Origin: Gammaproteobacteria bacterium
GTDB taxonomy: Bacteria > Pseudomonadota > Gammaproteobacteria > Natronospirales > REEB76
DNA length: 64,000 nt
Direction: 5' to 3'
Assembly: GCA_049591455.1 (NCBI GenBank)
Contig: JBAWFA010000004.1
Location: forward strand, 287,135-351,134
Shown: positions 53,593 to 63,127 of the stretch, in pieces
Layout: every line of letters begins with the position of its first letter
How positions within the stretch are numbered: position 1 is the stretch's first letter
The notes under the pieces: generated by a model
Told to the model about the DNA's origin: nothing
The model's database searches: none
What the model saw: only the letters and a program-made list of their open reading frames with translations
Made by a program: the position numbers and the translations under genes

Positions 53593-55086
53593 ATGATCAG
53601 AGCCGCCCTATACCTGCGCAGTTCGAAGGATCGTAGTGACGTCTCCATCGATGCGCAGCGCCGGGAGTTGCGCGCCTTAGCCGATGCCAAGGGCTTCATT
53701 ATCGTCAAGGAATTTTCTGATGTGGTGGAATCGGCAAAGACCGAGAACCGCCCTGCCTTCCAGTTGCTCCTGTCAGACCTCAAAAACGATGCCAGAGGCT
53801 GGGATCATCTCCTACTGACAGATACCTCTCGCCTGTCGCGCCGCCAATACATGGCCCACGTGTTCGATCATGAATGCGCCAAACGCCGTGTGACGGTGAT
53901 CTATTCAAAGCTGCCGAACGTGGATGAACTGACGAACATGGTGGTAAAGAGCGTGCTGCGCGTGTTCGATGAATTCCACAGCCACATGAGCCGTGCCAAA
54001 GGCCTCGCCGGCATGGCTGAGAACGTGCGTCGCGGATACCGCGCCGGCGGCCGTGCTCCACGCGGATACCGGCTCGAGCACATCGCTACCGGCGCGATCA
54101 GGGATGGCATTCCCGTGATGAAGTCGCACCTGGTGCTGAGCATGGAGGCTTCGAACGTGCGCGCCTATTTGAATGCGCGCGTGATGGGGCGTCCAAGACG
54201 GGCAGCGGCGCTGGCTGCCACGATGCCAGGTACTGGTTTGGTGGATCTCGAATGGAATGCACTGACCTATGCTGGGTGCACCGTGTGGAATATGCGCAGC
54301 CCCTATCTGGAAGGGGTGCGCCAGGGACGGAAACGGCGCCCACGCAGTGAATGGGTGATACAGGAGGGTACACATGAGGCGCTGATCGGGCGCGACGATG
54401 CGGAGCGATTGCTCAGCAGACTTGAAAACCGGTCAGAGCATAATTACCGCTGTCGAGAATCCGCACACGTGCTCGCCGGTGTGCTGCGCACGCCTGCCGG
54501 GATTCCATGGAATGGGTGGGGACGTCGCCGGTATCAGACGATCGTCGGTGGGCGCCGGCGTTCCATCAAGGCCTCAACCGTCGACACCGCGGTCCTTGCG
54601 CGCATCCGCGAAGATCTCCTGGCACCGGCGTTCATCAGCGCGCTGGTGGTGGAAGCGCAGAACACCATCAAACGCCCCGGTTCCGATGCCATCCAGACGG
54701 CGCGGCGTGAGCTCCGCGAATTCACAAGACGCATCAGCGTCCTGGTGGATATGGCCACGGAGACTATGGAACGGGGGCCCATCATGCGGAAGATCGAGGA
54801 ATGCGAGGGGCGCAGGCAAGCAACGGAGGCAGAGATTGCGCGCCTGGAGCGCGAGGCCAGGGCACGCACGATCATGACCGGTGTGTCAGAAGACCAGGTG
54901 CGCCGGGCGCTTGAACACCAGCTTTCTGGCATTCAGAGGCAGGATGGGAGGGGAATCGTCGGCAGGATGGTGGAACGGGTCATCTTGGACCCGGAAACAC
55001 TGGAATGCCGGATACGGTACAGAATCGCTGTTGTGCGGGATAAGATGGCGTCCCCAGCGGGAGTCGAACCCGCGTTACCGCCGTGA
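53593..55086 (+). CDS. int: Large serine recombinase (phage integrase)
   Basis: 497 aa. N-terminal resolvase-type catalytic domain (AALYLRSSKDRSDVSIDAQRREL), a recombinase domain (RAGGRAPRGYRL), and a C-terminal coiled-coil region. The 3' end overlaps tRNA-Glu. Confidence 0.9.
   Translation: MIRAALYLRSSKDRSDVSIDAQRRELRALADAKGFIIVKEFSDVVESAKTENRPAFQLLLSDLKNDARGWDHLLLTDTSRLSRRQYMAHVFDHECAKRRVTVIYSKLPNVDELTNMVVKSVLRVFDEFHSHMSRAKGLAGMAENVRRGYRAGGRAPRGYRLEHIATGAIRDGIPVMKSHLVLSMEASNVRAYLNARVMGRPRRAAALAATMPGTGLVDLEWNALTYAGCTVWNMRSPYLEGVRQGRKRRPRSEWVIQEGTHEALIGRDDAERLLSRLENRSEHNYRCRESAHVLAGVLRTPAGIPWNGWGRRRYQTIVGGRRRSIKASTVDTAVLARIREDLLAPAFISALVVEAQNTIKRPGSDAIQTARRELREFTRRISVLVDMATETMERGPIMRKIEECEGRRQATEAEIARLEREARARTIMTGVSEDQVRRALEHQLSGIQRQDGRGIVGRMVERVILDPETLECRIRYRIAVVRDKMASPAGVEPALPP
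55044..55057. repeat. attR-side copy of att core
   Basis: GATGGCGTCCCCAG, identical to 22446..22459. It overlaps the tRNA-Glu 3' end and the int 3' end. Confidence 0.6.
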
Positions 55087-55121
55087 AAGGGCGATGTCCT
55101 GGGCCTCTAGACGATGGGGAC
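55046..55121 (-). tRNA. tRNA-Glu (UUC)
   Basis: The reverse complement GTCCCCATCGTCTAGAGGCCCAGGACATCGCCCTTTCACGGCGGTAACGCGGGTTCGACTCCCGCTGGGGACGCCA folds as a cloverleaf. Anticodon loop CUUUCAC. Encoded CCA. Confidence 0.95.
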
Positions 55122-55183
55122 GAGGCGGTAAGCGAAATGAGAAAGGGCGTCCCGCAACGACCTCATGTCATATATTAAGTATT

Positions 55184-55259
55184 TGGTGGAGCCAGCCGGG
55201 ATCGAACCGGCGACCTCCTGCATGCCATGCAGGCGCTCTCCCAGCTGAGCTATGGCCCC
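55184..55259 (-). tRNA. tRNA-Ala (GGC)
   Basis: The reverse complement GGGGCCATAGCTCAGCTGGGAGAGCGCCTGCATGGCATGCAGGAGGTCGCCGGTTCGATCCCGGCTGGCTCCACCA. G3:U70 context. Anticodon GGC. Confidence 0.95.
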
Positions 55260-55318
55260 ACGCGGGGCGCGTATTTTCGGGCTTGGTGTGAGGGCTGTCA
55301 ATCAAAACCCGCCGGAAA

Positions 55319-56731
55319 TCAGGTGCTTCGCGCTTCAATCCAGCGTATGGCCCGATCCAGGCGTGCCAATGTGGTGTCGCGGCCGAGGATTTCCACTGTG
55401 ATATCTATGGGCGGCGACACTCCGCCTCCCGAAACCGCCACGCGTAGAGGTTGTGCGACCTTGCCGAGCTTGAGGTTCAACGCAGCAATACTGGCCTCCA
55501 GTGCGGCATGGACGGCAGCCGTCGACCACTCAGCCATCCCGGCCAATCTCGCGCGCATATCCCGCAGCGCCGGCAAGGTCTCGTGCGTCAGATTCTTGTC
55601 CGCCGCCTTGGGATCGTAGTCGCCGAAGTCCTCAAAGAAGAAACGGCTGGCTACGGCCATTTCTTGCAGCGTCTTGGCACGTTCAGCCTGGGCGCGCACC
55701 ACGGCGGCGATTTTTGTTTCGTCAGCCGTGTGGATGCCAATGTGAGACAGGTGCCAGGCCAATTCAGCGGCCAGCCTCTTCGGATCACTGTTCTTGATGT
55801 AGTGCTGGTTGAGCCACAGAAGTTTGTCCGGGTTGATGGCAGACGCGGATTTATTGACATCCACGATGTCGAAAAACCGGATCATCTCCTCACGGCTGAA
55901 GATTTCCTGGTCGCCGAGCGACCAGCCCAGGCGCACCAGATAATTGATCACTGCGTTGGGAAGATATCCCTCCTCGCGGTATTGCATCACAGACACCGCG
56001 CCGTGGCGCTTGGACAGCTTGGCGCCATCCGGCCCGAGAATCATGGGCAGGTGTGCGTATTCCGGCGGTTTTGCGCCCAGGGCGCCAAAGATGTTGATCT
56101 GACGCGGCGTGTTGTTGAGATGGTCGTCACCACGGATTACATGCGTAATGCGCATGTCCATGTCGTCCACCACCACGGTGAAGTTGTAGGTGGGTGTGCC
56201 GTCGGAACGCGTGATGATGAGATCATCCAGCTCGCGGTTCTCGAATACCACCCGGCCGCGTACCAGATCGTTCACAACCGTCTCGCCGGTCTGCGGACTC
56301 TTGAAGCGGATCACCGGCTGCACGCCGGGTCGCGGCTCTGTGCGTGTGCGACAACGACTGTCGTAACGGGGCTTTTCCTTGCGTGCCAATTGCTCATTGC
56401 GCATCTGTTCCAATTCTTCTTTAGTGCAATAGCAATGATACGCATGGCCGTCCTTGAGTAGTTGCGTCGCCACTTCTGCGTAACGGCCAAACCGATGAGT
56501 CTGATAGAACGGTCCCTCGTCCGGTTTCAGATCCAGCCAGGCCATACCGTCGAGAATGGCCTGCACCGCCTCCTGCGTGGAACGCTCCCGGTCCGTATCC
56601 TCAATGCGCAGAATGAACTGCCCGCCACGATGCTGCGTATACAGCCAGCAGAACAGAGCGGTACGGGCACCGCCGATGTGTAAATAGCCGGTGGGACTGG
56701 GAGCAAACCGGGTGCGTACGGTCATGGACAT
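55319..56731 (-). CDS. gltX: Glutamyl-tRNA synthetase
   Basis: RTRFAPSPTGYLHIGGARTALF (HIGH motif) and KLSKRHG (KMSKS). Confidence 0.95.
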   Translation of the reverse strand: MSMTVRTRFAPSPTGYLHIGGARTALFCWLYTQHRGGQFILRIEDTDRERSTQEAVQAILDGMAWLDLKPDEGPFYQTHRFGRYAEVATQLLKDGHAYHCYCTKEELEQMRNEQLARKEKPRYDSRCRTRTEPRPGVQPVIRFKSPQTGETVVNDLVRGRVVFENRELDDLIITRSDGTPTYNFTVVVDDMDMRITHVIRGDDHLNNTPRQINIFGALGAKPPEYAHLPMILGPDGAKLSKRHGAVSVMQYREEGYLPNAVINYLVRLGWSLGDQEIFSREEMIRFFDIVDVNKSASAINPDKLLWLNQHYIKNSDPKRLAAELAWHLSHIGIHTADETKIAAVVRAQAERAKTLQEMAVASRFFFEDFGDYDPKAADKNLTHETLPALRDMRARLAGMAEWSTAAVHAALEASIAALNLKLGKVAQPLRVAVSGGGVSPPIDITVEILGRDTTLARLDRAIRWIEARST

Positions 56732-56786
56732 TTGAGCCCGATAATCCGAAGGCTGCGTATTCTACACGATGGTTTGCCGGGACCTT

Positions 56787-58028
56787 TTACGTACGGAAAT
56801 GCAGGAGCTGATTCAGCAATGTCTCCGTATTGACCTCCTCCCCGCTCAGCGCCATGGCCAGCAGTTCACCACCCAGGATTTGCGGCGAGATGATGAGGTC
56901 GGGATGTACGCGTTTGACGCTGGCGAGGTTGCGGGTGTCATGCACCACCACGACTGTTTTAATCGCCTCGGCAAGCTCGCGCATGGCCAGCACCACGAAG
57001 GCATTTCCCGAATCATCTTCGCTCAAGGCCAGAACGGCCTTGGCCCGCTGGGCACCCGCGAGGCGCAGCACGTCGAGATTGCTGGGATTGCCCACCACCA
57101 CGTCCAGACCCCGTTCGGCCTGCTCATCACCCGTCTTCTCGTATATAAAGGTGACGTGCTGCTGCCGAGCACGCAGTTCCTTAAACGTGTTATGCGCCAG
57201 AGGCGTATCACCCACAATCACATAATGATCGCTTCTTTCCATTTCCATCTCCCTCGGCCTCAAAAGACGCGTGATGCGCCTGTTTATAACCGGCACCAGA
57301 ATCGCGGTCAGGGACGCGGCGAATATGCTCACGCCCAACACAATGATGGACACCACGAACATTCTGGCTTCCGTGGTTCCGGGCACGATGTCCCCATACC
57401 CCACCGTGGTCATGGTCACGATGGAATAGTAGAGTGCCGTGGCCAGATCGGTAATGGGGGGCTTGAATTCCGCGCCCAGTTCATAACTTCCGAAAACCGC
57501 ATATGCCAGCAGCAGGATGATGCTGGTAATCGCGAACAAGGTGCCGGCCGCCAGACTGCTGCGCTGAAAACTACGGTAACCCAGCAGCATTGCCACCAGC
57601 AGAACGGCATTGCATACCAGCAGGAAAGTGGATGCCGTGGCATGATTGATGATTCCGAGCAGCAGATGCGCGGCTAGGATAAGCAACACGATAACCCAGG
57701 CCAGCTTCGAGCGCAGCACCAGGCCTGCGGCCATGACAACAAGAAATATGCCGATAACCACGGCGGGTATGCCGTGCAATGCGGAATGCATCAAAGCCGC
57801 GGATTGCGCCATCCGCGCATTCCTAAAAAAGTGCAGACCCAGGGCCCGGGGAATTTCCGGTGAAATCTTGAACAGGCCGAAGACCGCGATCGCCACTGCC
57901 AGCGGGATGTGCGGAAACCATCGGTCCAGGAACAGATCGCGGCGCAAACCTCCATAGATACGGCGGGCACGCTGCCGGAATCCCCTACCCGGCAACTTGG
58001 AAAAATCAGGATGGCGAGTCATTATCAA
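56787..58028 (-). CDS. K+ channel with C-terminal RCK/TrkA-N domain
   Basis: Selectivity filter TTVGYGD, six TM-like helices, then HYVIVGDTPLAHNTFKELR (Rossmann-like RCK). Confidence 0.85.
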   Translation of the reverse strand: MIMTRHPDFSKLPGRGFRQRARRIYGGLRRDLFLDRWFPHIPLAVAIAVFGLFKISPEIPRALGLHFFRNARMAQSAALMHSALHGIPAVVIGIFLVVMAAGLVLRSKLAWVIVLLILAAHLLLGIINHATASTFLLVCNAVLLVAMLLGYRSFQRSSLAAGTLFAITSIILLLAYAVFGSYELGAEFKPPITDLATALYYSIVTMTTVGYGDIVPGTTEARMFVVSIIVLGVSIFAASLTAILVPVINRRITRLLRPREMEMERSDHYVIVGDTPLAHNTFKELRARQQHVTFIYEKTGDEQAERGLDVVVGNPSNLDVLRLAGAQRAKAVLALSEDDSGNAFVVLAMRELAEAIKTVVVVHDTRNLASVKRVHPDLIISPQILGGELLAMALSGEEVNTETLLNQLLHFRT

Positions 58029-58076
58029 AACCCTCTCCCGGAGGGAGAAAAGTTACATTGCCGTTTTTGAGGCTAT

Positions 58077-58748
58077 TTAGTAATACCAGTTCAGGTCGGC
58101 TTCCATGCGATTGCCGTCGGCGGTGTGCTCTCCAAAAATCTCTAAAGCCACAATGCTGCCGCCGAAGCTCAAACCCAGATGTTCACCGAATGGCCGGCGG
58201 CCGAAATCGGTGTTGCGTTCGGTGAAAATAGCACCGCTCAAACTTATGAAACTGGATAGATGGCTCTGAAAGCCATAATCGACGCGCCAGTAATAATCTT
58301 TCGCTCCCCCTAGACTACCGCTCAACTGGTCGCGCAGGAAGCCCAAATCTATATAGAACGAAGTGGATTGACTGTAGGACTGGTGGGCGCCGACGCCAAT
58401 ACCAGTGAGATCGTGATGGCCGGGCAGCTTGTCGAAATCCAGCCGGTTCCACTGGCCAAACAGATATACGCCGCTGTCGAAACTGTAGGAAAATTTGAGT
58501 CCATTACCGGCGGAACGGTCTCCGAAGAAATCCGAATATTCCGAGAGACGGTTGATTTGGAGGTAACTGTAACTGAACACATCCTGGGATGTCTGACTCG
58601 TGGAGGCCGACACGGCCTGACCCGGCGTAGTTTGTACAGCCTGACTCTGCGAAGCTTGATTCTGCGAAGTCTGCACCTGCGGATCCGCATGCGCGAGCAA
58701 TGGAGCCAGCATGAACAATGTAGCCAACACTATCCCGGTCATTTTCAT
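58077..58748 (-). CDS. Outer-membrane beta-barrel-like protein (hypothetical)
   Basis: Internal ATG 58748 gives the signal peptide MKMTGIVLATLFMLAPLLAHA. It has a Gln/Ser/Thr-rich linker, alternating-pattern strands and a C-terminal ..DLNWYY. Confidence 0.5.
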   Translation of the reverse strand: MKMTGIVLATLFMLAPLLAHADPQVQTSQNQASQSQAVQTTPGQAVSASTSQTSQDVFSYSYLQINRLSEYSDFFGDRSAGNGLKFSYSFDSGVYLFGQWNRLDFDKLPGHHDLTGIGVGAHQSYSQSTSFYIDLGFLRDQLSGSLGGAKDYYWRVDYGFQSHLSSFISLSGAIFTERNTDFGRRPFGEHLGLSFGGSIVALEIFGEHTADGNRMEADLNWYY

Positions 58749-58841
58749 CGCTGATTCCCTCCTTAAATTCTTCGATGCGTGGATTAACGCCATGCCACAC
58801 CAAGAGGGGCATTGTCCACAAGTGTAGCCGATTCATACCTT

Positions 58842-60308
58842 TCAGACGAGAAACAATAAAGTCACCGCCCCCACGATCGTGAGCACGATGGTATAAGGCA
58901 GCGCCATCCAGACCATGCGCAGATAGGAAAGGCGGATCAGCGGCGCCACTCCGGAAGTCAGCAGAAACAGAAAGGCCGCCTGGCCGTTGGGCGTGGCTAC
59001 GCTGGGGATGTTGGTGCCGGTATTGATGGCCACGGCGAACAACTCGAACTGTGGGCGGCTAATGTGGTGTGCCAGAAAGGCCTCCTGCACCTGTTTAATA
59101 TATACCGTAGCCACGAACACATTGTCGCTGACGGAAGACAGCAGGCCGTTGGCGAAGTACAACAGTGCAAGCTGAGTACGCCCCTCGAATCCCAACACCC
59201 AGTGGATTACGGGCGTGAACAGATTGGCCTGTTGGATAACGGCCACCACGGCAAAGAACACCACCAACAAGGCGGCAAACGGCATGGCTTCGTGAAACGC
59301 CTTGCCGAGACGTTTTTCCTCGGTAACTCCGGTAAACGCGGTCACGGTCAACAACAAGGCGAGGCCGATGAGCCCGACTTCCGCCAGGTGCAGTGCCAGT
59401 GCCACAATCAGCAACAAGCCCGCGATGGCCTGAATCGTGATTACCACACGCTTGCGCAGCCCATCCTGACGGGCGCTGTTCCGTGCATGCGCTTGCAGCA
59501 CCTGACGCACGCCGCTCGGTAGCGGAGTGCCGTAGCCAAAGAGATGCAGTTTTTCCAGCAGTATCACCGCCAGTAAGCCGGCCACAATGACCGGCAGCGC
59601 CACCGGCGTCATGCGCTGCAAAAATTCGGGGAAATTCCACCCCATGGTCTCGCCTACCAGCAGATTCTGAGGCTGGCCCACGAGCGTGATGACGCCACCC
59701 AGGGTCGTACCCACGGCGGCGTGCATCATCAGGCTGCGCAGAAACGCGCGAAAGTCTTCGAGTTCGGCATCCCCTGGCGCGCCTGGTCTCTCCTCGGCGG
59801 TGCGGTGATACACCGCGTAGAACCCGCCTATCACGGTGATCACCACAGCGATGACGGTCAGGGCATCGAGAAACGCAGCCAGAAATGCTGACACCAGACA
59901 AAACAGCAGGCTCAACAGCCATTTGCGCTGGATGCCAAGCAACAGGCGCGTGAACACCGCCAGCAGCAAATCCTGCATGAAAAAAATGCCTGCCACCATG
60001 AACATGAGCAGCAGCAGCACCGGCAGGTTGTGGGCGACTTCCCGATATACGGACAGGGGCCCGGCCATGCCGATGAGGATGGCTTCCAGCGCCAGCAAGC
60101 CGCCGGATTGCAGCGGATAACAGCGCAGCGCCATGGCCAGGGTGAATATGAATTCCGCCACCAGCAACCAGCCCGCCATGAAGGCGCCGGCGCCGAAAAA
60201 TATCAGCGGGTTAATGATGATAAAGACGATGATGCAGAGTTTGTACCAGCCCGGCGCGGTGCCCAAAAAAAGTGTCCGGATGGTATCGAACAGATTACGG
60301 AAGGTCAT
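58842..60308 (-). CDS. nhaB: Na+/H+ antiporter NhaB
   Basis: ..[53 protein letters not shown].. is near-colinear with enterobacterial NhaB. Confidence 0.9.
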   Translation of the reverse strand: MTFRNLFDTIRTLFLGTAPGWYKLCIIVFIIINPLIFFGAGAFMAGWLLVAEFIFTLAMALRCYPLQSGGLLALEAILIGMAGPLSVYREVAHNLPVLLLLMFMVAGIFFMQDLLLAVFTRLLLGIQRKWLLSLLFCLVSAFLAAFLDALTVIAVVITVIGGFYAVYHRTAEERPGAPGDAELEDFRAFLRSLMMHAAVGTTLGGVITLVGQPQNLLVGETMGWNFPEFLQRMTPVALPVIVAGLLAVILLEKLHLFGYGTPLPSGVRQVLQAHARNSARQDGLRKRVVITIQAIAGLLLIVALALHLAEVGLIGLALLLTVTAFTGVTEEKRLGKAFHEAMPFAALLVVFFAVVAVIQQANLFTPVIHWVLGFEGRTQLALLYFANGLLSSVSDNVFVATVYIKQVQEAFLAHHISRPQFELFAVAINTGTNIPSVATPNGQAAFLFLLTSGVAPLIRLSYLRMVWMALPYTIVLTIVGAVTLLFLV

Positions 60309-60332
60309 GAACGATCATCCATGATTATATTT

Positions 60333-61037
60333 CTAATCCTGCCACAGACATTTACCTCCGCTAGCCTTGTTTATGGTTTCAAGGCGGCTTTTATGTGCCT
60401 TGAGTTCCTCGTCCGAAGCGTGAATGACCTTGAGCTTGAGCCCTGTGCGATCCACGGGTTGCAGTCTGCCATTTCCAAGGCGGCCGGTTTCCGCCGTGGC
60501 ATCCAGCAGCAGCGCCGCCTGGCCGCCAGTCATGGCGAGATAGACATCGGCGAGTATCTGGGCATCCAGCAGGGCGCCGTGGAACTGTCGCGAGGAATTG
60601 TCCACGTTGTAGCGCTTGCAGAGCGCATCCAGACTGTTCTTCTGTCCTGGATGCAGTTTGCGCGCCAGCTCCAGGGTGTCGAGTACACCACAATGCTGCA
60701 TGATGTCGGCGTTCACATCACCAAGCAGGCGCAATTCATGATTGATGAACGTCACATCAAACGCCGCATTGTGGATCACCAGTTCTGCACCCTCGACAAA
60801 TTTCAGGAAGGCCGCAGCAATCTCCGCAAAGGGTGGTTTGCCAGCCAGAAATTGGTTGCTGATGTTGTGGATTTCGATGGCACCGGCTTCCACTTCCCGG
60901 CCTGGATTCACGTATTCGTGGAAGGTGTGGCCTGTTGGCCGCCGGTTCTGCAATTCAATGCAGCCGATCTCGATGATGCGGTGCCCCTCGGCAGGTTCGA
61001 GGCCCGTGGTTTCCGTATCCAACACAATTTGGCGCAT
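60333..61037 (-). CDS. dnaQ: DNA polymerase III epsilon subunit (3'-5' exonuclease)
   Basis: MRQIVLDTETTGL (Exo I), ..HNAAFD (Exo II), ..HGALLDAQILADVY (Exo III). The start is 61037 or 61061. Confidence 0.9.
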   Translation of the reverse strand: MRQIVLDTETTGLEPAEGHRIIEIGCIELQNRRPTGHTFHEYVNPGREVEAGAIEIHNISNQFLAGKPPFAEIAAAFLKFVEGAELVIHNAAFDVTFINHELRLLGDVNADIMQHCGVLDTLELARKLHPGQKNSLDALCKRYNVDNSSRQFHGALLDAQILADVYLAMTGGQAALLLDATAETGRLGNGRLQPVDRTGLKLKVIHASDEELKAHKSRLETINKASGGKCLWQD

Positions 61038-61089
61038 GTCCTTAATCCTTGTTTTATCCACTAAACCAGAAACTTTTACGAATTACGCC

Positions 61090-61551
61090 TTACGCCTCAC
61101 TCCTCACGCCTACCATTTCATCTATTGCCTGGTTGGCCAACCGGTCCACCCGTTCATTTCCGGAATTGCCGGCGTGTCCGCGCACCCACCGCCAATCCAC
61201 CCTGTGCCGGACCGCCGCTGCGTCCAGTTGCTGCCACAGGTCCTGGTTCTTGACTGGTTTCCTGCCCGCAGTTTTCCAGCCACGGGTCTTCCAGGCCGGC
61301 AGCCACTCGCTGATGCCTTTTTGCACATATTCGGAATCGGTATATAACGTCACTCGGCTGGGTTGTTTGAGTGCGTCCAAGGCACGCACCGCCGCCGTCA
61401 GTTCCATGCGGTTGTTGGTGGTTTCCATTTCAGCACCTTGCAGAACATTTTCCCGCCCTTCAACACGCACTACCGCCGCCCAGCCTCCGGGACCCGGATT
61501 GCCTCGACAAGCGCCATCTGTGTATATCTCAACGTCGTTCATCCGGATCAC
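61090..61551 (-). CDS. rnhA: Ribonuclease HI
   Basis: [54 protein letters not shown]. Confidence 0.95.
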   Translation of the reverse strand: MIRMNDVEIYTDGACRGNPGPGGWAAVVRVEGRENVLQGAEMETTNNRMELTAAVRALDALKQPSRVTLYTDSEYVQKGISEWLPAWKTRGWKTAGRKPVKNQDLWQQLDAAAVRHRVDWRWVRGHAGNSGNERVDRLANQAIDEMVGVRSEA

Positions 61552-62240
61552 CGTGCGGTTGGATTCGCCACGTCCGCGAAAGCGCGCTGCGGCTTGGCAT
61601 GTTTGAGCCGCAGCGGCGTCATGGCGAACACGCGCTTGCGCGCCACCAGCATATAGGCGCCGGCACTGATTCGCCAGCGCAAGCGATCCAGGAACGCGCT
61701 GCGCACAAGCAGGCGGCGCTGGAACGGTGGACGAAAAAGATAATGTCGCATACGCACGATCTCAAAACCAAGTACCGTGAGCCATTCCTGCATACGCCCC
61801 ACGCGCACATAATGACCTGCCCAGGGTGGCCTGCCGCCGAATTGCGGGTGCAAGGCCCATAACCCCCATGGATGAAACCCCAGAACAATGAGATGACCTT
61901 CGCCAGTGAGCACACGCTCGGCTTCGCGCAACACCTGGTGCGGATCCCCGCTCCGTTCCAGTGTATGAGGCAACAACACGGCATCCACGGAATCGCTGGC
62001 AAAGGGCAGATAGCCCGGATGACCACGCACCTGTACCCCCGCAACATCGCGGGAGTTGAGTACGAAGCATGCACGAATGGGGCTGGCCTGCAATAAGGTT
62101 CCTGCCGAACCCCAGAGACTGGCTTGCACCAGGAAATAACCGAAAATGGTAGGCAACGCTTCGGCAAGCACCGCGCGCTCCTGCCTCAGTAGGTAAGCAC
62201 CCAGGCGCGCATCAAACCAGGAATCCAGATCAGCCTGCAT
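61548..62240 (-). CDS. Class I SAM-dependent methyltransferase (YafS-like context)
   Basis: Position between gloB and rnhA as in enterobacteria. ..[29 protein letters not shown].. methyltransferase-fold motifs. Confidence 0.65.
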   Translation of the reverse strand: MQADLDSWFDARLGAYLLRQERAVLAEALPTIFGYFLVQASLWGSAGTLLQASPIRACFVLNSRDVAGVQVRGHPGYLPFASDSVDAVLLPHTLERSGDPHQVLREAERVLTGEGHLIVLGFHPWGLWALHPQFGGRPPWAGHYVRVGRMQEWLTVLGFEIVRMRHYLFRPPFQRRLLVRSAFLDRLRWRISAGAYMLVARKRVFAMTPLRLKHAKPQRAFADVANPTAR

Positions 62241-62340
62241 GCTGCACTCTAAAATAACATGCCACCACGCTTCGTCGCTGCCTGTTGCGGGACACTAGCA
62301 CAACCATGACTCGTCTGGCGCTCTCCGCTAACATGATTCC

Positions 62341-63111
62341 ATGGATTTCGAACTCCTGCCTCTGCCGGCGTTTCGCGACAACTACATCTGGCTGCTGGCC
62401 GGTGCCCGGGCAGCGGTGGTCGTGGATCCGGGCGACCCGGCGCCGGTGGTCCAGGCGCTCGCAGAGCGTCAACTGCACCTCGTGGCGGTGCTTATCACCC
62501 ACCATCATCCGGATCACATGGGCGGTGCGGCGGCGCTGGCCGGGCAATTCGACTGCCCGGTGTTCGGTCCCGCCGCGGAGGCCATTGCGGCCGTGACCCG
62601 GCCACTCCGGGATGGCCAGAAAGCGGAAATCGCCGCTCTGGACATGGGCTTTCGGGTACTGGAAATACCGGGGCATACGGCCGGACATATCGCTTACTAC
62701 GGCCACAATATAGTATTCTGCGGCGACACGCTGTTCAGCGCCGGCTGCGGGCGGCTGTTTGAGGGCACCGCGGCACAAATGAGCCGGTCGCTGACCAAGC
62801 TCGCTGCACTGCCGGACTCGACGGCAATATGCTGCGGACACGAATATACCGTGGCAAATTTACGGTTTGCCCGGATAGTGGAACCTGGAAACCGGGATAT
62901 CCTGAGCTATGCAGAGCAAGCCGCGGAGCGGCGCGGACGGAATCTGCCCACTCTGCCTTCCACACTGGAACGGGAGCGCAAGGTGAATCCCTTCCTGCGT
63001 TGCGGGGAGCAAACGGTAGTAGCCGCCGCCCGACATGAATGCGGACGCGAACCGCGTGATGCGATAGAGGTATTTGCTGTGATCAGAAGCTGGAAAGACC
63101 GTTTCACCTGA
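62341..63111 (+). CDS. gloB: Hydroxyacylglutathione hydrolase (glyoxalase II)
   Basis: AFRDNYIWLL, THHHPDHMGG (metallo-beta-lactamase HxHxDH) and NPFLR. Confidence 0.95.
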   Translation: MDFELLPLPAFRDNYIWLLAGARAAVVVDPGDPAPVVQALAERQLHLVAVLITHHHPDHMGGAAALAGQFDCPVFGPAAEAIAAVTRPLRDGQKAEIAALDMGFRVLEIPGHTAGHIAYYGHNIVFCGDTLFSAGCGRLFEGTAAQMSRSLTKLAALPDSTAICCGHEYTVANLRFARIVEPGNRDILSYAEQAAERRGRNLPTLPSTLERERKVNPFLRCGEQTVVAAARHECGREPRDAIEVFAVIRSWKDRFT

Positions 63112-63127
63112 ACGAGCCATTGCACAG

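Larger units (their letters stand above)
22446..55057. mobile_element. Integrated siphovirus-type prophage (~32.6 kb), HK97-like head and GTA-like distal tail modules, serine-recombinase integrase
   Basis: A complete colinear set of phage modules (integrase, immunity, replication, packaging, head, tail, lysis). It is bounded by the 14-bp direct repeat GATGGCGTCCCCAG at 22446..22459 and 55044..55057. The right copy is the 3' end of tRNA-Glu. Host genes lie on both sides. Confidence 0.85.
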
